DNA from: Euprymna scolopes
Taxonomy: Eukaryota
Strand: one strand, 5' to 3'
DNA: 64,000 nt
NCBI GenBank assembly: GCA_053919585.1
Contig: JBSSHM010000078.1
The notes beneath the pieces are model-generated. The model was not told the DNA's origin, searched no databases, and saw nothing but the letters and a program-made list of their open reading frames with translations. The translations under genes were made by a program, and so were the position numbers. Below, piece after piece: positions 12,092 through 24,811 of the stretch. Positions within the stretch are counted from its first letter, which is position 1. Each line of letters opens with the position of its first letter.

Positions 12092-15000
12092 TAATAAAGA
12101 ACATTTATTGCTGGTGAAATATTGTAATGACAATCCTTTCTAATTCCGGAGAAATCTATATCCACACTAGTAGTGTTTTTGTCAGTCTAATTATAAGACA
12201 ACATTTGATATTAGTTCCGACTACTATTATAATCATAATATTTTGTTTTTCAATATTATGCTAATATGGCACTAGTTTAGTTTTATAGGTCGAATTATGA
12301 ACACCCTTCCCGAATGTGTTGTGTTCAGAGTCGCTAAATATTGCACCGTTGCTTCTCATCAACTTTCACTAATTGGCACCATGGGTTGTGGAAGCCTCAG
12401 AGGCGCGAATTTCACGTTGCACGGTCTTATCTCTGGATAATTGGTCTAATGTTATAAGTGACAGACGACAATGGATCGTCGCAATGACAAGGATCATATG
12501 AGCAGCTGATATCAATATTAATGAAGCTCTAACAATTTGACATCCTTTCCGGTACCTGTGGTCAGGTTTTGGGTGGCGGTGAAGCTAATCTGATGTGGCG
12601 GGGACTGGGCCAAGATTCCATGTTAATATGGTAAACGAGAAAGTATGAGCATATATTCTGTTGTGAAAGCAATCGTCTTCATTGTAGACCCCTTAGTTTG
12701 GGTTTAGTGATTCATGCCTCAACGGACTGATATGAACAACGGGTCTCTCTGTGTATTAATAAGACGAGGGATAGGCGCGTGGTGAACGTTCATAACAAAT
12801 AGCATTGCTCTGATCTTGTCGAGGAATGGCACAGAAAATATTGACAATTAAACCTTAAACTCGGGAATTGTTAAAATCGATTGATTTTTATTTGCCTGTG
12901 TCAACGCACGAATATTATTCTTGAGATCAATTTAGCTTTCGTCTAAATGTAAACATAAGAAACGCGTGTGTTATGCATCTCTTAACGTGCATATTTAAAG
13001 AGATTCTATAGCTAGAGCGATTTCAATAAAACAGTATTATCTATTCTTTAATCAAAAGAAGATGAAATACTGCTGAAAGGCATATATTTGTTTATAAGTT
13101 CTAATAAATTTGATGAATACTAGACTACCCGTGACATTTTGGGCCAGTTTATGTCATAGCTATCTCCGAGCTATTAAGCATACAGAATTAATGCATAAAA
13201 GTCCAAGTGACTATACAGAATTAATGTATAAACGCGCAAAAGTTGAATTAACGCACGTGCTTAAACAAACATTGCGACCAGTTAAAACAATACAAAATAC
13301 ATTAAATAATGGAGGTCTTAACATCATTGCGTTTAGATTTAATGAAAACTCGTTGATACAAGACGGGGGTAATCCGTTGAAAAAAAATGAAAATAGATTA
13401 AAAGAAAAAAATACAAGGACGAAAGTGTGCATTGTAACAGTGACACATTTTCAAAGCAAATATTAAAAAAAATACCCACACCAACGTTTTGAAGTGTTTC
13501 TACGTATTTAAAAAAAATGATCACGACTTATAACCCCTATCCTTACCCCGTTTATGTTTTACTCCCCCGCTCCTCAAACCAAACTATAAGAAAATGTAAA
13601 CGATTACATGTCTCGTTAACCGCTACATAACCAAGAAGTGGATGCTCATTTTACGTTAAATTAAAATAGGAAAGTGATCCCCACTATAAAATGTTAGATT
13701 GTTATTATTTTATCAAAAATACTTTCTTTTATACTATCTTTAAAAGTATTAGCCACCAAACGTAGATTTTGAATTTTTTAGGAGTGAAAAATTACGCTGG
13801 GCTAGGTTTAAAAAATATCAAATATTTGAAACTATATGTAAACCGATCAGGTAGCATTTTGTTTTTACAGTAGAAAACCATTTTTGTCTTTGAAAACAGT
13901 TCCAACCTGCAATGAAAATACAATCAACATACACCTTTTAAAATATGTGACGCTAAAATCGCCCATATTATAAGTAAAAACATTTCTGAACGATATTTGT
14001 TTGCTTTTTTTTAGAATGTTCATATTATGTAAAATAAAAAAATAAAAATATTTATATTGTAAAAATTATAAAAAAAGTTTTGTTTATATTGTCAATATTG
14101 AAAAATATGTACGTATAGTTTAAAATTAATAAAACCTGTTTATTATCATTTAAAAAAAAAACAAAGGAGATATGTTTATATAGTTCATTTCTGAAAAAGT
14201 ATTTCTGCTTATTTACAAAAGTAAACATCTGAAATAATGATATATTTTCTTTGATATCATTTGCAGAGTTACATAACGGTGATTATGGGAATTGGTTTCT
14301 TTTCATGTTAGTGTGCATATCTATGTTATTCGGGTTCATCATTTAATCCAAAGTCTGGCTAAAACTATGGGTAGGGACACAAACTTTCTGTTATATTTAT
14401 TTGCAGATTGGTTTCTCTATCATTGTGTAAAGGCCGGCAAGTCTCCGTTTTACACTTATAAACTATTATTTCCAAATCGTCACAAAATTCAGGAACACCA
14501 TACAGGCATTACATGGTCATTTGGCCAAGATCAAAGTGTAGTATATGTTCCGGCAGACACTGCAAGCAAATACCATATGTGGGAGCAATCCCACATATAA
14601 AACCTTGGTCAATGTAGGGGAAACCCTTCATACCAATTGTCACTATTCAGCTCCCCTACTCCTCCGGGAGTTGGTCCCCATTTCCCCTTCACTCCTCACA
14701 TTAAAAATCGGCTTTGTGCCTAATTTGCTCAGTGGGGGAGCAAATAAATACATCAAAGTATAGTATCTGTTCTTCAGATGCGGCACTTCCATTTCTCGTT
14801 CTCTTTCAGTTGAGGAGAAATCCTTCACGACTGAGACAATTTTTATTGTTGTATCTTTTCCCCACGTTAAAAAAAAACGACCCTGGTGTCTAACCCTGTC
14901 CCGTGGGGAGCCATTGTAAATAGGTAAAATCAGTTGGTAGTATATATCCTTTTCTTTCCTATATATTTGCATGGTTCATGCCTTCAGCGCTCTTTTCCCG

Positions 15001-15620
15001 AACCACAACGGTCTCTTCACCGTCCACAGCTCGTTCATATAAGTATTAGCTAATTTCATATTTGATTCTGGAAATATAACTATACAATGTATTATCATAT
15101 GACTGTATGTGATTTGGGAAAGGGTAACATCATATGGTAAGTAAAAAGATCTTGACATATTCCTCTTATCTCCCGGTCGTTCATATTTTAATAACACATG
15201 TACATAATATAACTTGTGATCCATACTGCAATTGTTGCAATCTTTGGTTCACTATGTAACAGTCGCTGAGGGAAAGAGTAGCAGTAACATTAGATGTAGT
15301 ATAAGAGGTGATTCAACATCACTGGTTACCACTTTATTTGATAGATTGACCCCGATAATATGTGTAAAAATGTAAGATTTATTTAGTTATACGGAAAACT
15401 GACCGAGATAGTGTTTTAAAACGTAATAGAAAACGACTTGCAACTCGAAAATCTTTTACTTTAAAATTTTAAACTTTCCCATACTCTAAACTCGCCTAAC
15501 TTTTACGATGTATTATAGTATACGCAACCTGATATAAAATTACAAAAAATGGTTCAATTAAGGAATTTGCGGTTATACTTACTAGCATGCTAATGAATAC
15601 TAGATCCGGAATTCTTCGAG

Positions 15621-16241
15621 TGAGTGTCAAAAAAGTCAGTAGAACGTTTGAACTTAAATAGATTCTCTATTTTTTCTGTAATATTTATAATAATTGTTTT
15701 TTTAATATATCTCATCTAAAAAAAATGCTTTTTTTCTGTAAAGGTGCAACATTGTAACAATCTTTATTCTTGGGAAATAATGTCTGTTAAATGTTGGCCA
15801 TTTTCAACTTCGTATATTTGTAATATTTCCACAATATTTTCATGACAAATTGCAGACTCTCTGGATTGTGATTTAACTCCTTTATTTCGTTCCTGAAGTT
15901 TTATTTTGTGAATATCTTAAAGAAAGTTGCTCTGTTAACTAATTCCCAACCCTGCAAGAATTAAAGGACAACATCAGGAAGGAAATCAGAGGATTAAATC
16001 GCAATCCAGAGATTCTGGAATTTGACATGAATAATATTTTGGAAAAAACACAAATATGCGAAGCTGAAAATAGGCAACATTTAAGATATATTTTATTTTA
16101 TGATTAGTGATTATTTGAATTTTTAATCTTTTTAATTTACTAATGACTTAGTCAGATAGTGTAAAAATTACTAAAAGATAACATCAAATATAAAGAATCT
16201 ATTTAAGTTAAAAATCCTTTAGTTACTTTTTGGACACTATG
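15621..16241. mobile_element. Tc1/mariner-derived fold-back element carrying transposase C-terminus
   Basis: TIRs GAGTGTCAAAAAAGT...AACTTAAATAGATTCT / AGAATCTATTTAAGTT...ACTTTTTGGACACT followed by TA. 15907-16100 (+) reads EYLKESCSVN*FPTLQELKDNIRKEIRGL...ICEAENRQHLRYILF, a typical Tc1/rosa-type C-terminus. Confidence 0.8.
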
Positions 16242-16662
16242 TACGTAAATTTGTAGGCAGGTCACGTATTGTTTTGAGCTCGGTTGTAGTAAGAGTATCA
16301 ATAGAGAAACAGCCCACATATGGTCAAAAAGAGAATTGACAACGATGATATTTTAATGCTACATTTAGGACACAGTTCTTTCTACATTAAGTTTGATCTG
16401 TCGACAAGCGTGTTATATGTGTGATAACCTAACCGACATATTGTCAGTAAAAATTAACTGAGAGAACACACTGACAATATAGAGACTAGAAGTGCACTTG
16501 AATTTATTTTGAATCTTAATTCTCTTATTTTATCAAATATTCCTCACATTCCATGACGTAATTCCTAACAAGAGTGTAAGAATTGCTGTTTTCCAAGTCT
16601 GAAATTATTTGTTAAATATTCCTTAGGCTCCGCTTTACTGATATAAACTGATATAAATTTAT

Positions 16663-16835
16663 ATACAGCATAATCCTGTTGACGACTACCTCACGTTCGA
16701 TTATTGAAGTAAGCAACTTTGGGCCTGTTTAGTAGGGATAACCATTATGAGAATATTAGACACAGTATATAGGAGAAGGTAGACCTCCGGTTAAGCTTCG
16801 GAAAATCCTAACATTGCTCTCTCCACTGACGGTGA
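16663..16835 (+). mobile_element. Decayed 5S-derived SINE (SINE3-like) head plus body
   Basis: CGTTCGATTATTGAAGTAAGCAACTTTGGGCCTGTTTAGTA..GGGATAACC...GAGAATA resembles 5S rRNA and is followed by non-5S sequence. Confidence 0.55.
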
Positions 16836-18037
16836 TATATATGGAATTTAGTATTGTCTTTAATGTAATATAAATTTTTAGCTCTTTATATAAAGTGACT
16901 TCATTCATTGTATGGAGCGATTTATATTAAAAAAAATTGTTTCTCTACCTATTAATCGAAAAAAAACTATTTTCTTCGTTTAGCAAAATTCCTGGGCATA
17001 TGTATATTTATTTTGGATGTGTGAAGTAATGTTATTTAAAAAGACAAAAAAGCGCCAATGTATGATTTCATGTAGTTAATCCTATTTTCGTTTCAATTAC
17101 AAAATGATAATAGCTGATAGGAATTAATGCATACATTTCACAAGTGTCGAAAACATCATAAAACTAATATCAGCAACAAAAAATGTAACCACCATTTTGC
17201 GCAAAATTTCATTTGTCTCAAAAACCATCCCACTCCCCTCTTCTCTGCCTCCCTATATATCACGCTGTGTCTCTCTCATTATCATCGTGGCTATCTCTAC
17301 TCTCCTATGACTTCATTTCTATTCTCCTCCCGTTTTCAATAAATTCTATAAATAGCACCAACTTATGTATCGTTGCTCTACATTATTCATGAAGTCGGTC
17401 CTTTATTGAAAGGTCGAGAGTAGATAAAGAGAAAAATTTCGCCGCCGATCAATAAAATTAATTTCCATAATTTTGATTGGAAAGTTGATATATTTTCGCT
17501 TCTGCATCATGAGAAATCGAATGAGTAAGTTTTGTTTCAATCTTGCTTTAGAAGCAGACAATCTGACTATAAAATAATTGCTTGTGCGTATAGCTGTGTG
17601 GTGCAGTGGTTAATTAAGGTCCCAGATGACTTTCTCGTTTTAGCAGACTTTCAATTAGGCTTCAAACCACGCGAGACTCTACGGAGCCAATTCCGAGTGT
17701 TTTGCCTGCTGCTCTAGTTTGTACGTCCGGTTGGCGCCCTTCATCTATCTTCTTCTTCTTGGTAGGCATCATTTTATATGATAAGGACCCACTTTCAATC
17801 AAGCAGGGATAGATATTCGTAAGATACCTTTATTCAGTTAACGCTTTTATGGATGGCCATTTTATTTCAGATTTAAGTTTGACAAATCGGTCAGATACTA
17901 GATGGTCAGGGAGCCATAAAGAAACATGTGTGAACTCATTTAAAGCGTGTGTTTGTGTTTCAAACTGGAAAATATAGATTGTCAAGCTCTGTAATTTTAT
18001 AAATATACAGTTTCATGTGCGTTTAGATATGTTAAAA

Positions 18038-18181
18038 TGTTTGTATGTTAGTGTGTTTGTATGTTAGTGTGTTTATATGTTAGTATGTTTTGATGCTAGC
18101 ATGTTTATATGTTAGTATGTTTCTATGTTAGTATGCTTGTATGATAGTATGTTTATATGTTAGTATGTTTATATGTTAATA
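18038..18181. repeat. 16-bp minisatellite TGTTTATATGTTAGTA, about 9 copies
   Basis: Directly visible tandem units with substitutions. Confidence 0.9.
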
Positions 18182-18397
18182 TCTTTACGAAAAGTTCCAA
18201 ACAACAATGCAAACAATCCAGCAACAATTCTAGAACAGTGTTGTACGGGATGGATCATATCTGATAGACAGAAATAACCTGTTTTTTAAAGTAGTAGCCG
18301 TACATTAGAAATGTGATTTACGTAAAATTACGACGGAGAGCAATCATAAAAACTGTTGTGTGGATAAATCTATTTCAATATAAAGAGTAACGAAATA

Positions 18398-18398
<1 letters not shown>

Positions 18399-18464
<66 letters not shown>
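18399..18464. repeat. (TA)n microsatellite
   Basis: Directly visible. Confidence 0.95.
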
Positions 18465-18467
<3 letters not shown>

Positions 18468-18600
18468 ATCCACATGCAGAAATGTTTAGCTGTTTTACAG
18501 ATCATCAGTGCGTCTAGACAAGCAACTACCTCAAGCCAGGAGCAAAAGCCGACAACCTAAAAAATAGTCGGGGCTTCTAACCGTTGAGCTATACGGTTGC
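18465..18600 (-). mobile_element. tRNA-head SINE-like element with degenerate hammerhead ribozyme core
   Basis: Minus strand: A-box-like TAGCTCAACGGTTAG, then CTAGACGCA-CTGATGA-T-CTGT-AAA-ACAG-CTAAAC-ATTTCTGCA-TGTGGA. Confidence 0.65.
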
Positions 18601-18691
18601 TACTCTGTGGGTAGTGAATTAACAACGTTTTGACATTACTCAATTACCTAGGCTCAATTTATTTACACAAACAGCATCGGTTAATACGCTA

Positions 18692-18744
<53 letters not shown>

Positions 18745-18972
18745 CATATATATGTGTATATATACATATATATATACATATACATATATTTCTGTAGAAA
18801 TATATTTTCTTATAAAATATAGCAATCTTTATTTAAGACGCTCAATGAAATTACAGAGCAATATAATGATTAAATGACAAAAAAACTATACTGCAAAATT
18901 CATGATGTTGACCATCTTATTACGTATTCCTTTAATTTATTTGACATTTACAATTATATATATATATATATA

Positions 18973-19008
<36 letters not shown>

Positions 19009-19149
19009 TAATTTTTACAAGGGAATATTTTACAGGGGTGCAACATAAAATGTACCCTTGAAAAAGTCTTCTTTATTTGTAAGAGAAAAATACTATTTTT
19101 AAGATTGATTTTTTTAAATTTTAATTACTTATAGGATTAATTTCTGTTA

Positions 19150-19303
19150 CAAAGCATATATTAGAACACTGCCCGACATAAATTACATTTATATGGAATT
19201 TGTACAACATAAGCTCAGCCGTTTCGGAACTTGTGAGGAAGCCACTCTCATACACACACACACACACACACAATATCACTTTATATAATAGCAGGTCTAG
19301 AGA
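19150..19303 (-). mobile_element. Helitron 5' fragment, same family as 6117-6720
   Basis: AGAACACTGCCCGACATAAATTA...ACATAAGCTCAGCCGTTTCGGAA...(CA)n...CTTTATATAATAG aligns with 6599-6714. Confidence 0.6.
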
Positions 19304-20753
19304 TTTAAAGCTTTTTGTATGCCAGACAAAATAACATGTTTCTAAAACTTAAGAATTCTGTACTGGAAGCAATCTATTATTATAATTTTCAAGTGTAGAA
19401 AATTGACCTACGATTTAGTTTGGACATCCAGGTTATCCTAGCTTACTTATTGTGTACTTAGTATCTTAATCGATGGGTAATGTTCATAACAAAGAAGCTG
19501 CTTTCTGGGACGAAATTTATCAAATTTTTTTCTCGTATTAAACCCTGAATAGTACAATTTTACTACTTACATCAAGTTGCATCCTGCCCTTTCCTTTCCT
19601 AAAAAAATGAATGAACTGAGTTAATGAAGTGTTTTCCCGCTGAGACTTATTTCTATAATTTTTATTAAACGAAATAAGTGGTATTCGATCGACTTGAATT
19701 ATTTTTCAAATTTGGAACAGTCTCGANNNNNNNNNNNNNNNNNNNNNNNNNNNNNNNNNNNNNNNNNNNNNNNNNNNNNNNNNNNNNNNNNNNNNNNNNN
19801 NNNNNNNNNNNNNNNNNNNNNNNNNNNNNNNNNNNNNNNNNNNNNNNNNNNNNNNNNNNNNGTAACGAGTGATGTACCGCACTTTCCGATTCCTGACATC
19901 CGGTTGCGCATGCGCGCATAAACATTAACCCATAACAACGTAAACACATAAACACAAATAGCTTCTTTTGCAGATTTTGACCTGCGCACTGAAATATTTA
20001 CGTTATTATTTCGAAATTATTATTTAATATGGGAAGAATGGGGGTATTTTGTCAACTATTCTTTATTACACCTATACTGTCGCTATTTTCTTACAACTAA
20101 ACAAGTTTTACCCGTTAAGAAACATAGAACAATTNNNNNNNNNNNNNNNNNNNNNNNNNNNNNNNNNNNNNNNNNNNNNNNNNNNNNNNNNNNNNNNNNN
20201 NNNNNNNNNNNNNNNNNNNNNNNNNNNNNNNNNNNNNNNNNNNNNNNNNNNNNNNNNNNNNNNNNNNNNNNAGATACAAAATAGTTGTGTGAGAACGGTG
20301 AATTTGTTGACACATTTAGTTTTATTTTACTTATTTAGGTTTTATTTTTTGCTTCAGGTTTTATTAATGTTTTTTTTTTAGATTTTAAGTTTCTATAACT
20401 TGCTTGAAGGATTCCAATATCGGGTTGTCCTTCTTATATGATTCATCGCTAGGTTCATATGCGTTTTTGCTATTAAATGACTTTCGTCGGCGTTCGATTC
20501 ATAGGAAAATCATGTTTAATTTTCGATTCTTAAGCGATTATTCGGAAAAATAGGTAACTTTACACGAATTGGGATGATTTTTTTGCCATGTTTGAGTGAT
20601 GCGTCCGTGATTTTCATTTGAATATACATTCATAGAAATATTTCTGTTATGTCAAAAAAAATCTATTTTCTTTACGTCACAAGTGTCACGCTCATACATG
20701 ATTTCAATAGCTAATATAACATACTGACCCAACAGGTCACAGGTAGTCTCGCG

Positions 20754-20817
<64 letters not shown>

Positions 20818-20818
<1 letters not shown>

Positions 20819-21397
20819 TAGCATAAATACCCATCGTTGACTGGGTTCAAAAACAGCCTACAGCAAATGGACTCTGATTTATGAAAGTATGATAGATTAT
20901 GAAAAGGAAGGGTTGTAAAGAGATAGCTTCGAATTTCGGGATATCAAAACCAAAGCCAAATATGATGAAAGTAAAAATAAAATAGATACACCCAATTATT
21001 TATTATACTATACCTGTTCACACTGAAACACTTATAACAATATTCTTCGGAACTATATTAAAAAACTTTGTTAAACTTTGTGACATATTTCCATTCTACA
21101 AACGAACACCCCAAAATTTTATCATACCAAATTTCTTCAAACTTAAACATAATTATTAAAGTATACTTACGCAGAAAGATATGAAAAGTATCAAAGTATT
21201 ATTATGTACATCTATATCAAAAACATATGTAAAAGTTTTTTTTTAATTTTAACTTTTATTTATTTCCCTCTTTGTGGACCAGACCCCGCCCTTTTAATGA
21301 ACCATAATTATGTCAGATCAAACATACCACTTCCTGATCCTCGATACATATTCTATCATTATATGTAATCATTTTTTTTTAAATAGCCAATCATATG
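20818..21397 (-). mobile_element. Non-autonomous Helitron (family of 10622-11425), 5' part in gap
   Basis: CTAG at 20818-20821 with subterminal ACCCATCGTTGACTGGGT hairpin; reverse-complement similarity to 10730-11425. Confidence 0.8.
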
Positions 21398-22519
21398 NNN
21401 NNNNNNNNNNNNNNNNNNNNNNNNNNNNNNNNNNNNNNNNNNNNNNNNNNNNNNNNNNNNNNNNNNNNNNNNNNNNNNNNNNNNNNNNNNNNNNNNNNNN
21501 NNNNNNNNNNNNNNNNNNNNNNNNNNNNNNNNNNNNNNNNNNNNNNTTCCACGGTAGTTAAAATCTTTTAAAACACATCAGTAAGAAATTCCTTATTGTT
21601 ATATTACAAATATGAAGGTATGGAAGCAAGTAGAACAAAGAACTTTAGTTTAAACTTTTATTGAAGTTCAATGCGATCGTAACTGGTCCTGTTGATATTG
21701 TCAGGAAGTGCTGGTGATGATTGAGGCGGTGACAGGAACGTCGATCAGCTGCTTGGAGTGAGAATAGTGGTCAGTCAGCAGGTTCTTGGGAGTCAGACTG
21801 TGAATTAAAAAAAAATGTGTGACATTGTTGACATCGATTTTGTGAAAGTTCTGATGACCTCAAGTTGTTTAATATCTCAGGACATTTTGGATTATACGTG
21901 TGAGTAATGAATGTATCAGAATTTTTGTAGGAATTTTTTACACACCTAACACGAAACTGCGAATAAAATATATAAATCTCGTAATTTCTCTGTTAAAAGT
22001 GGGTGTTTTATTTTCTTTATGTATTATACTTCCAAAATAAACTATTAAAGTTGTTTTAAAAGTAATAGCAATATATTTTTTAAAAAACAGTAATGAATTT
22101 TTCGAACTCCATATTTTTCAATTTTTAAACTTAAAAAATCTATCAAAAGTTTTCTATTTATTGTATTTTTACGATATTTTCAGGGTCAATGTGAAGTTTA
22201 TGTTCTTTTACATAAATTGAATATAATATTTTAGACAAACGTTTTTTTTTTAATTCACGCCCCCCATTTTCAAGTGTCTATTAAAAAGTAAATAATTAAT
22301 TTACTACCCGAAAAGTAAATAATTAATTTACTCACAAATTGAAGAGAAAAGGTCGATAAATAATATATTCAAATTTAAAACAAAAAAACGTGTTTTTTAG
22401 AATTTTACCTGTAAAGTTTGAAGTTTAAAACCTTTTTTTAAACCACGTTATTTGTTTTTTTGTTTGTTTTTTTATGGAACCGTGGTCCTTGCTCCTTTAA
22501 TTGAAAAAAAGTTAGGGCT

Positions 22520-22826
22520 TGACTTACATTTTTCTAGGAGTTACAAGCTTGGAAATATGGGGTGGAATTATTCACTATTTTCACGAAATTTCTGACACAC
22601 CTAATGAATAGGTCACAGAAAACTGCCATTGCATCTTGATAAAGGTGTTGTAGATTCCTAGGACTTCCTGTAAATGTAGATGGTTGAATAACTGGTACAC
22701 CAGAATAACAATCTTCATTCCTTGCTAAATTGTCCATTAAGCCAGAATATTGAGCAGCGCTTGGTTGACTTTGATAGTTTTTAATGAAGTTAAAGAAGCA
22801 ACCGTCAACTTTTACATATGCAATAG
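22520..22826 (-). pseudogene. Helitron RepHel fragment (Helitron_like_N region)
   Basis: AYVKVDGCFFNFIKNYQSQPSAAQYSGLMDNL...GVPVIQPSTFTGSPRNLQHLYQDAMAV..DLFI matches the Helitron consensus 'LPSTFTGSPR.M...YQDAMA......PDLFITFTCNP'. Confidence 0.9.
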
Positions 22827-22911
22827 ACTTTTCTATTTATTTTGAATTTTATTTAATGAAGATTTGGAAATTCACAAATATTTTTAAGTCGAATTATTGA
22901 TATAGATTTCA

Positions 22912-23640
22912 ATTAAATAAAACATATTGTAAATCTTTTAATAAGGAATAAATATTTATTTAAACCATAATTATTGAAACAAAGTATTTTACTGCATAAA
23001 AAACGGTTACGGGGAGAAGGGTTAACTATTTTCAACCTTCAACTAAATAACCATTTAATGAAACAAATGTTTAAAATGGTCTTGTATCTGTTTTACAATT
23101 TTTGTTAAATAAGAAAAATCAATAAACATTGATAGCACTATTGTAAGAATCATGCTGAACCCCATTCTTAATATGGGGAGGAGGTTAACTATTCTGAAAC
23201 TACACTTAACAATGTAAAAAAATAAGGGAAAATATATCAATGAACAATAAATATTTCTTCAGTTAAATAAAATATTCTGTAAATCTTTTAATAACGAATA
23301 CATATTTATTTAAACAATAATTATTGAAACAAAGAATTTTACTGCATAAACACGGTTATGGGGAGAAAGGTTAAGTATTTTGGACCTTCACCTAAATAGC
23401 ATTTTAATGAAACAAAATGTAATGGTCTTGTATCTTTTTTTAATAATTTGTTTTAAAATAAGGAAAAAAAAATCTTTGATACCCCTATTGTAAGAATCAT
23501 GGTGAAAGCCATCCTTCATATGGGGAGGTTGGGGGTTTAACTATTCTGAAACTTCACCTAAAAATGTAATAAAAATAATGGAAAAATTCTTTAGTTAAAT
23601 AAAATATACTGAAAATCTTTAAATAGGGAATAAATTAAAT
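22912..23640. repeat. Diverged ~340-350-bp tandem repeat, about 2.1 units (starts near 22913, 23263, 23595)
   Basis: Repeated TTAAATAAAA.AT..TGTAAATCTTTTAATAA...TTATTGAAACAAAG...GGGGAGAA.GGTTAA...ATTGTAAGAATCATG. It adjoins the Helitron Rep fragment and is probably internal to that element. Confidence 0.85.
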
Positions 23641-24374
23641 CGTAAGTTATGAAATAAAGTGTTTTATTTCATATTAAAAATTGTTGTACCCAGTTTTTTA
23701 TAGTATTTAAATATGTATGCCCTGTCGGTGGTTATTAGAAGATGATGACTGCCTGTAAAAGAAGCAAAATAAAACGAACAAAACATAAGTAATAATTATA
23801 ACGTGAAGCTGTATAAATGTTACAAAATTACTCGATTCGGCATTAAATAACACGAAAAGGGATTGATATGCCGTAAAACAAAAACAAAACAGAACAAGAC
23901 GTAAAATATGTTTTGACTCTGTGTTACTCAGTGTATTTGCGAATGGTGACTTTGGTGATTTATTTAAAAAAGTCATTCTTGACTTTTGTAACATGTATTT
24001 CTAAACATATTTTTTGTTATGTAAGGCTCACTCAAAAGTAAAAACAAAATAAATAAATAAAGTGGCACAGTAAAAAACACAAACAAAAAAAACAACGAAC
24101 TCGTAGCGTTAAATGTAAAAAATATTTTTATTACTGAATAAAATAGAATAAGCGTTCCGTATTACACGTAATAAACAGAAGACATCGTTAAAAATGTAAG
24201 TAAAATACTATACTATTAAAACTGTGGAACAATACCTTCTATGCACAATTGTCTTTAAAATAATCCGGAACCATAAATAGACAGTTCATATTTGTTGCTC
24301 GGGAAGTTTTGGGAAATAAAAGGGTTTAATGATTTTTAATTAATAAAGATTGAACAATAAAGGGAGATAATTCA

Positions 24375-24442
24375 CATTAATTAATGTTTGCGATGATGAT
24401 GACGCGTTTCATTAATTAATGTTTGCGATGATGATGACGTGA
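24375..24442. repeat. 35-bp tandem duplication CATTAATTAATGTTTGCGATGATGATGACG
   Basis: Directly visible, two copies. Confidence 0.9.
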
Positions 24443-24458
24443 CACCGTACGGACAAGC

Positions 24459-24531
<73 letters not shown>

Positions 24532-24773
24532 GAGAGAGGGAGAGAGAGACGGGTTGTATTAGTCCGTTTTCTGGTGTTAAGCCATTGAACCCCATGTTAT
24601 TATTAAAGAGTGCCTAACGCAGGACAGAACTGATATATAGTTTTTTTTATTATATAATATTGGTTACATATGTTCATACATGTTTTAGGTGAATCCCAAT
24701 TCAAGGATAACAACTTCTTAGATACAAATAAACTAAAAAAGACAACAAATTAGGGTTTGTATTGTAAACAGAG

Positions 24774-24807
<34 letters not shown>

Positions 24808-24811
24808 TATA

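Noticed and set aside
14430-14705. Minus frame interrupted mostly by TGA, suggesting a mitochondrial-code NUMT
   Set aside because: Read with TGA as Trp, the peptide resembles no mitochondrial protein I know.
17585-17720. tRNA gene (GGTGCAGTGGTTAA...TTCAAACC)
   Set aside because: No cloverleaf; at most a decayed SINE head.
18038-18181. CRISPR-like appearance of regular repeats (also 60795-62104)
   Set aside because: No unique spacers, no cas genes, and a eukaryotic context.
19895-19920. NRF1-like TGCGCATGCGC as a promoter
   Set aside because: Isolated motif between gaps with no associated gene; such motifs are common in transposon termini.
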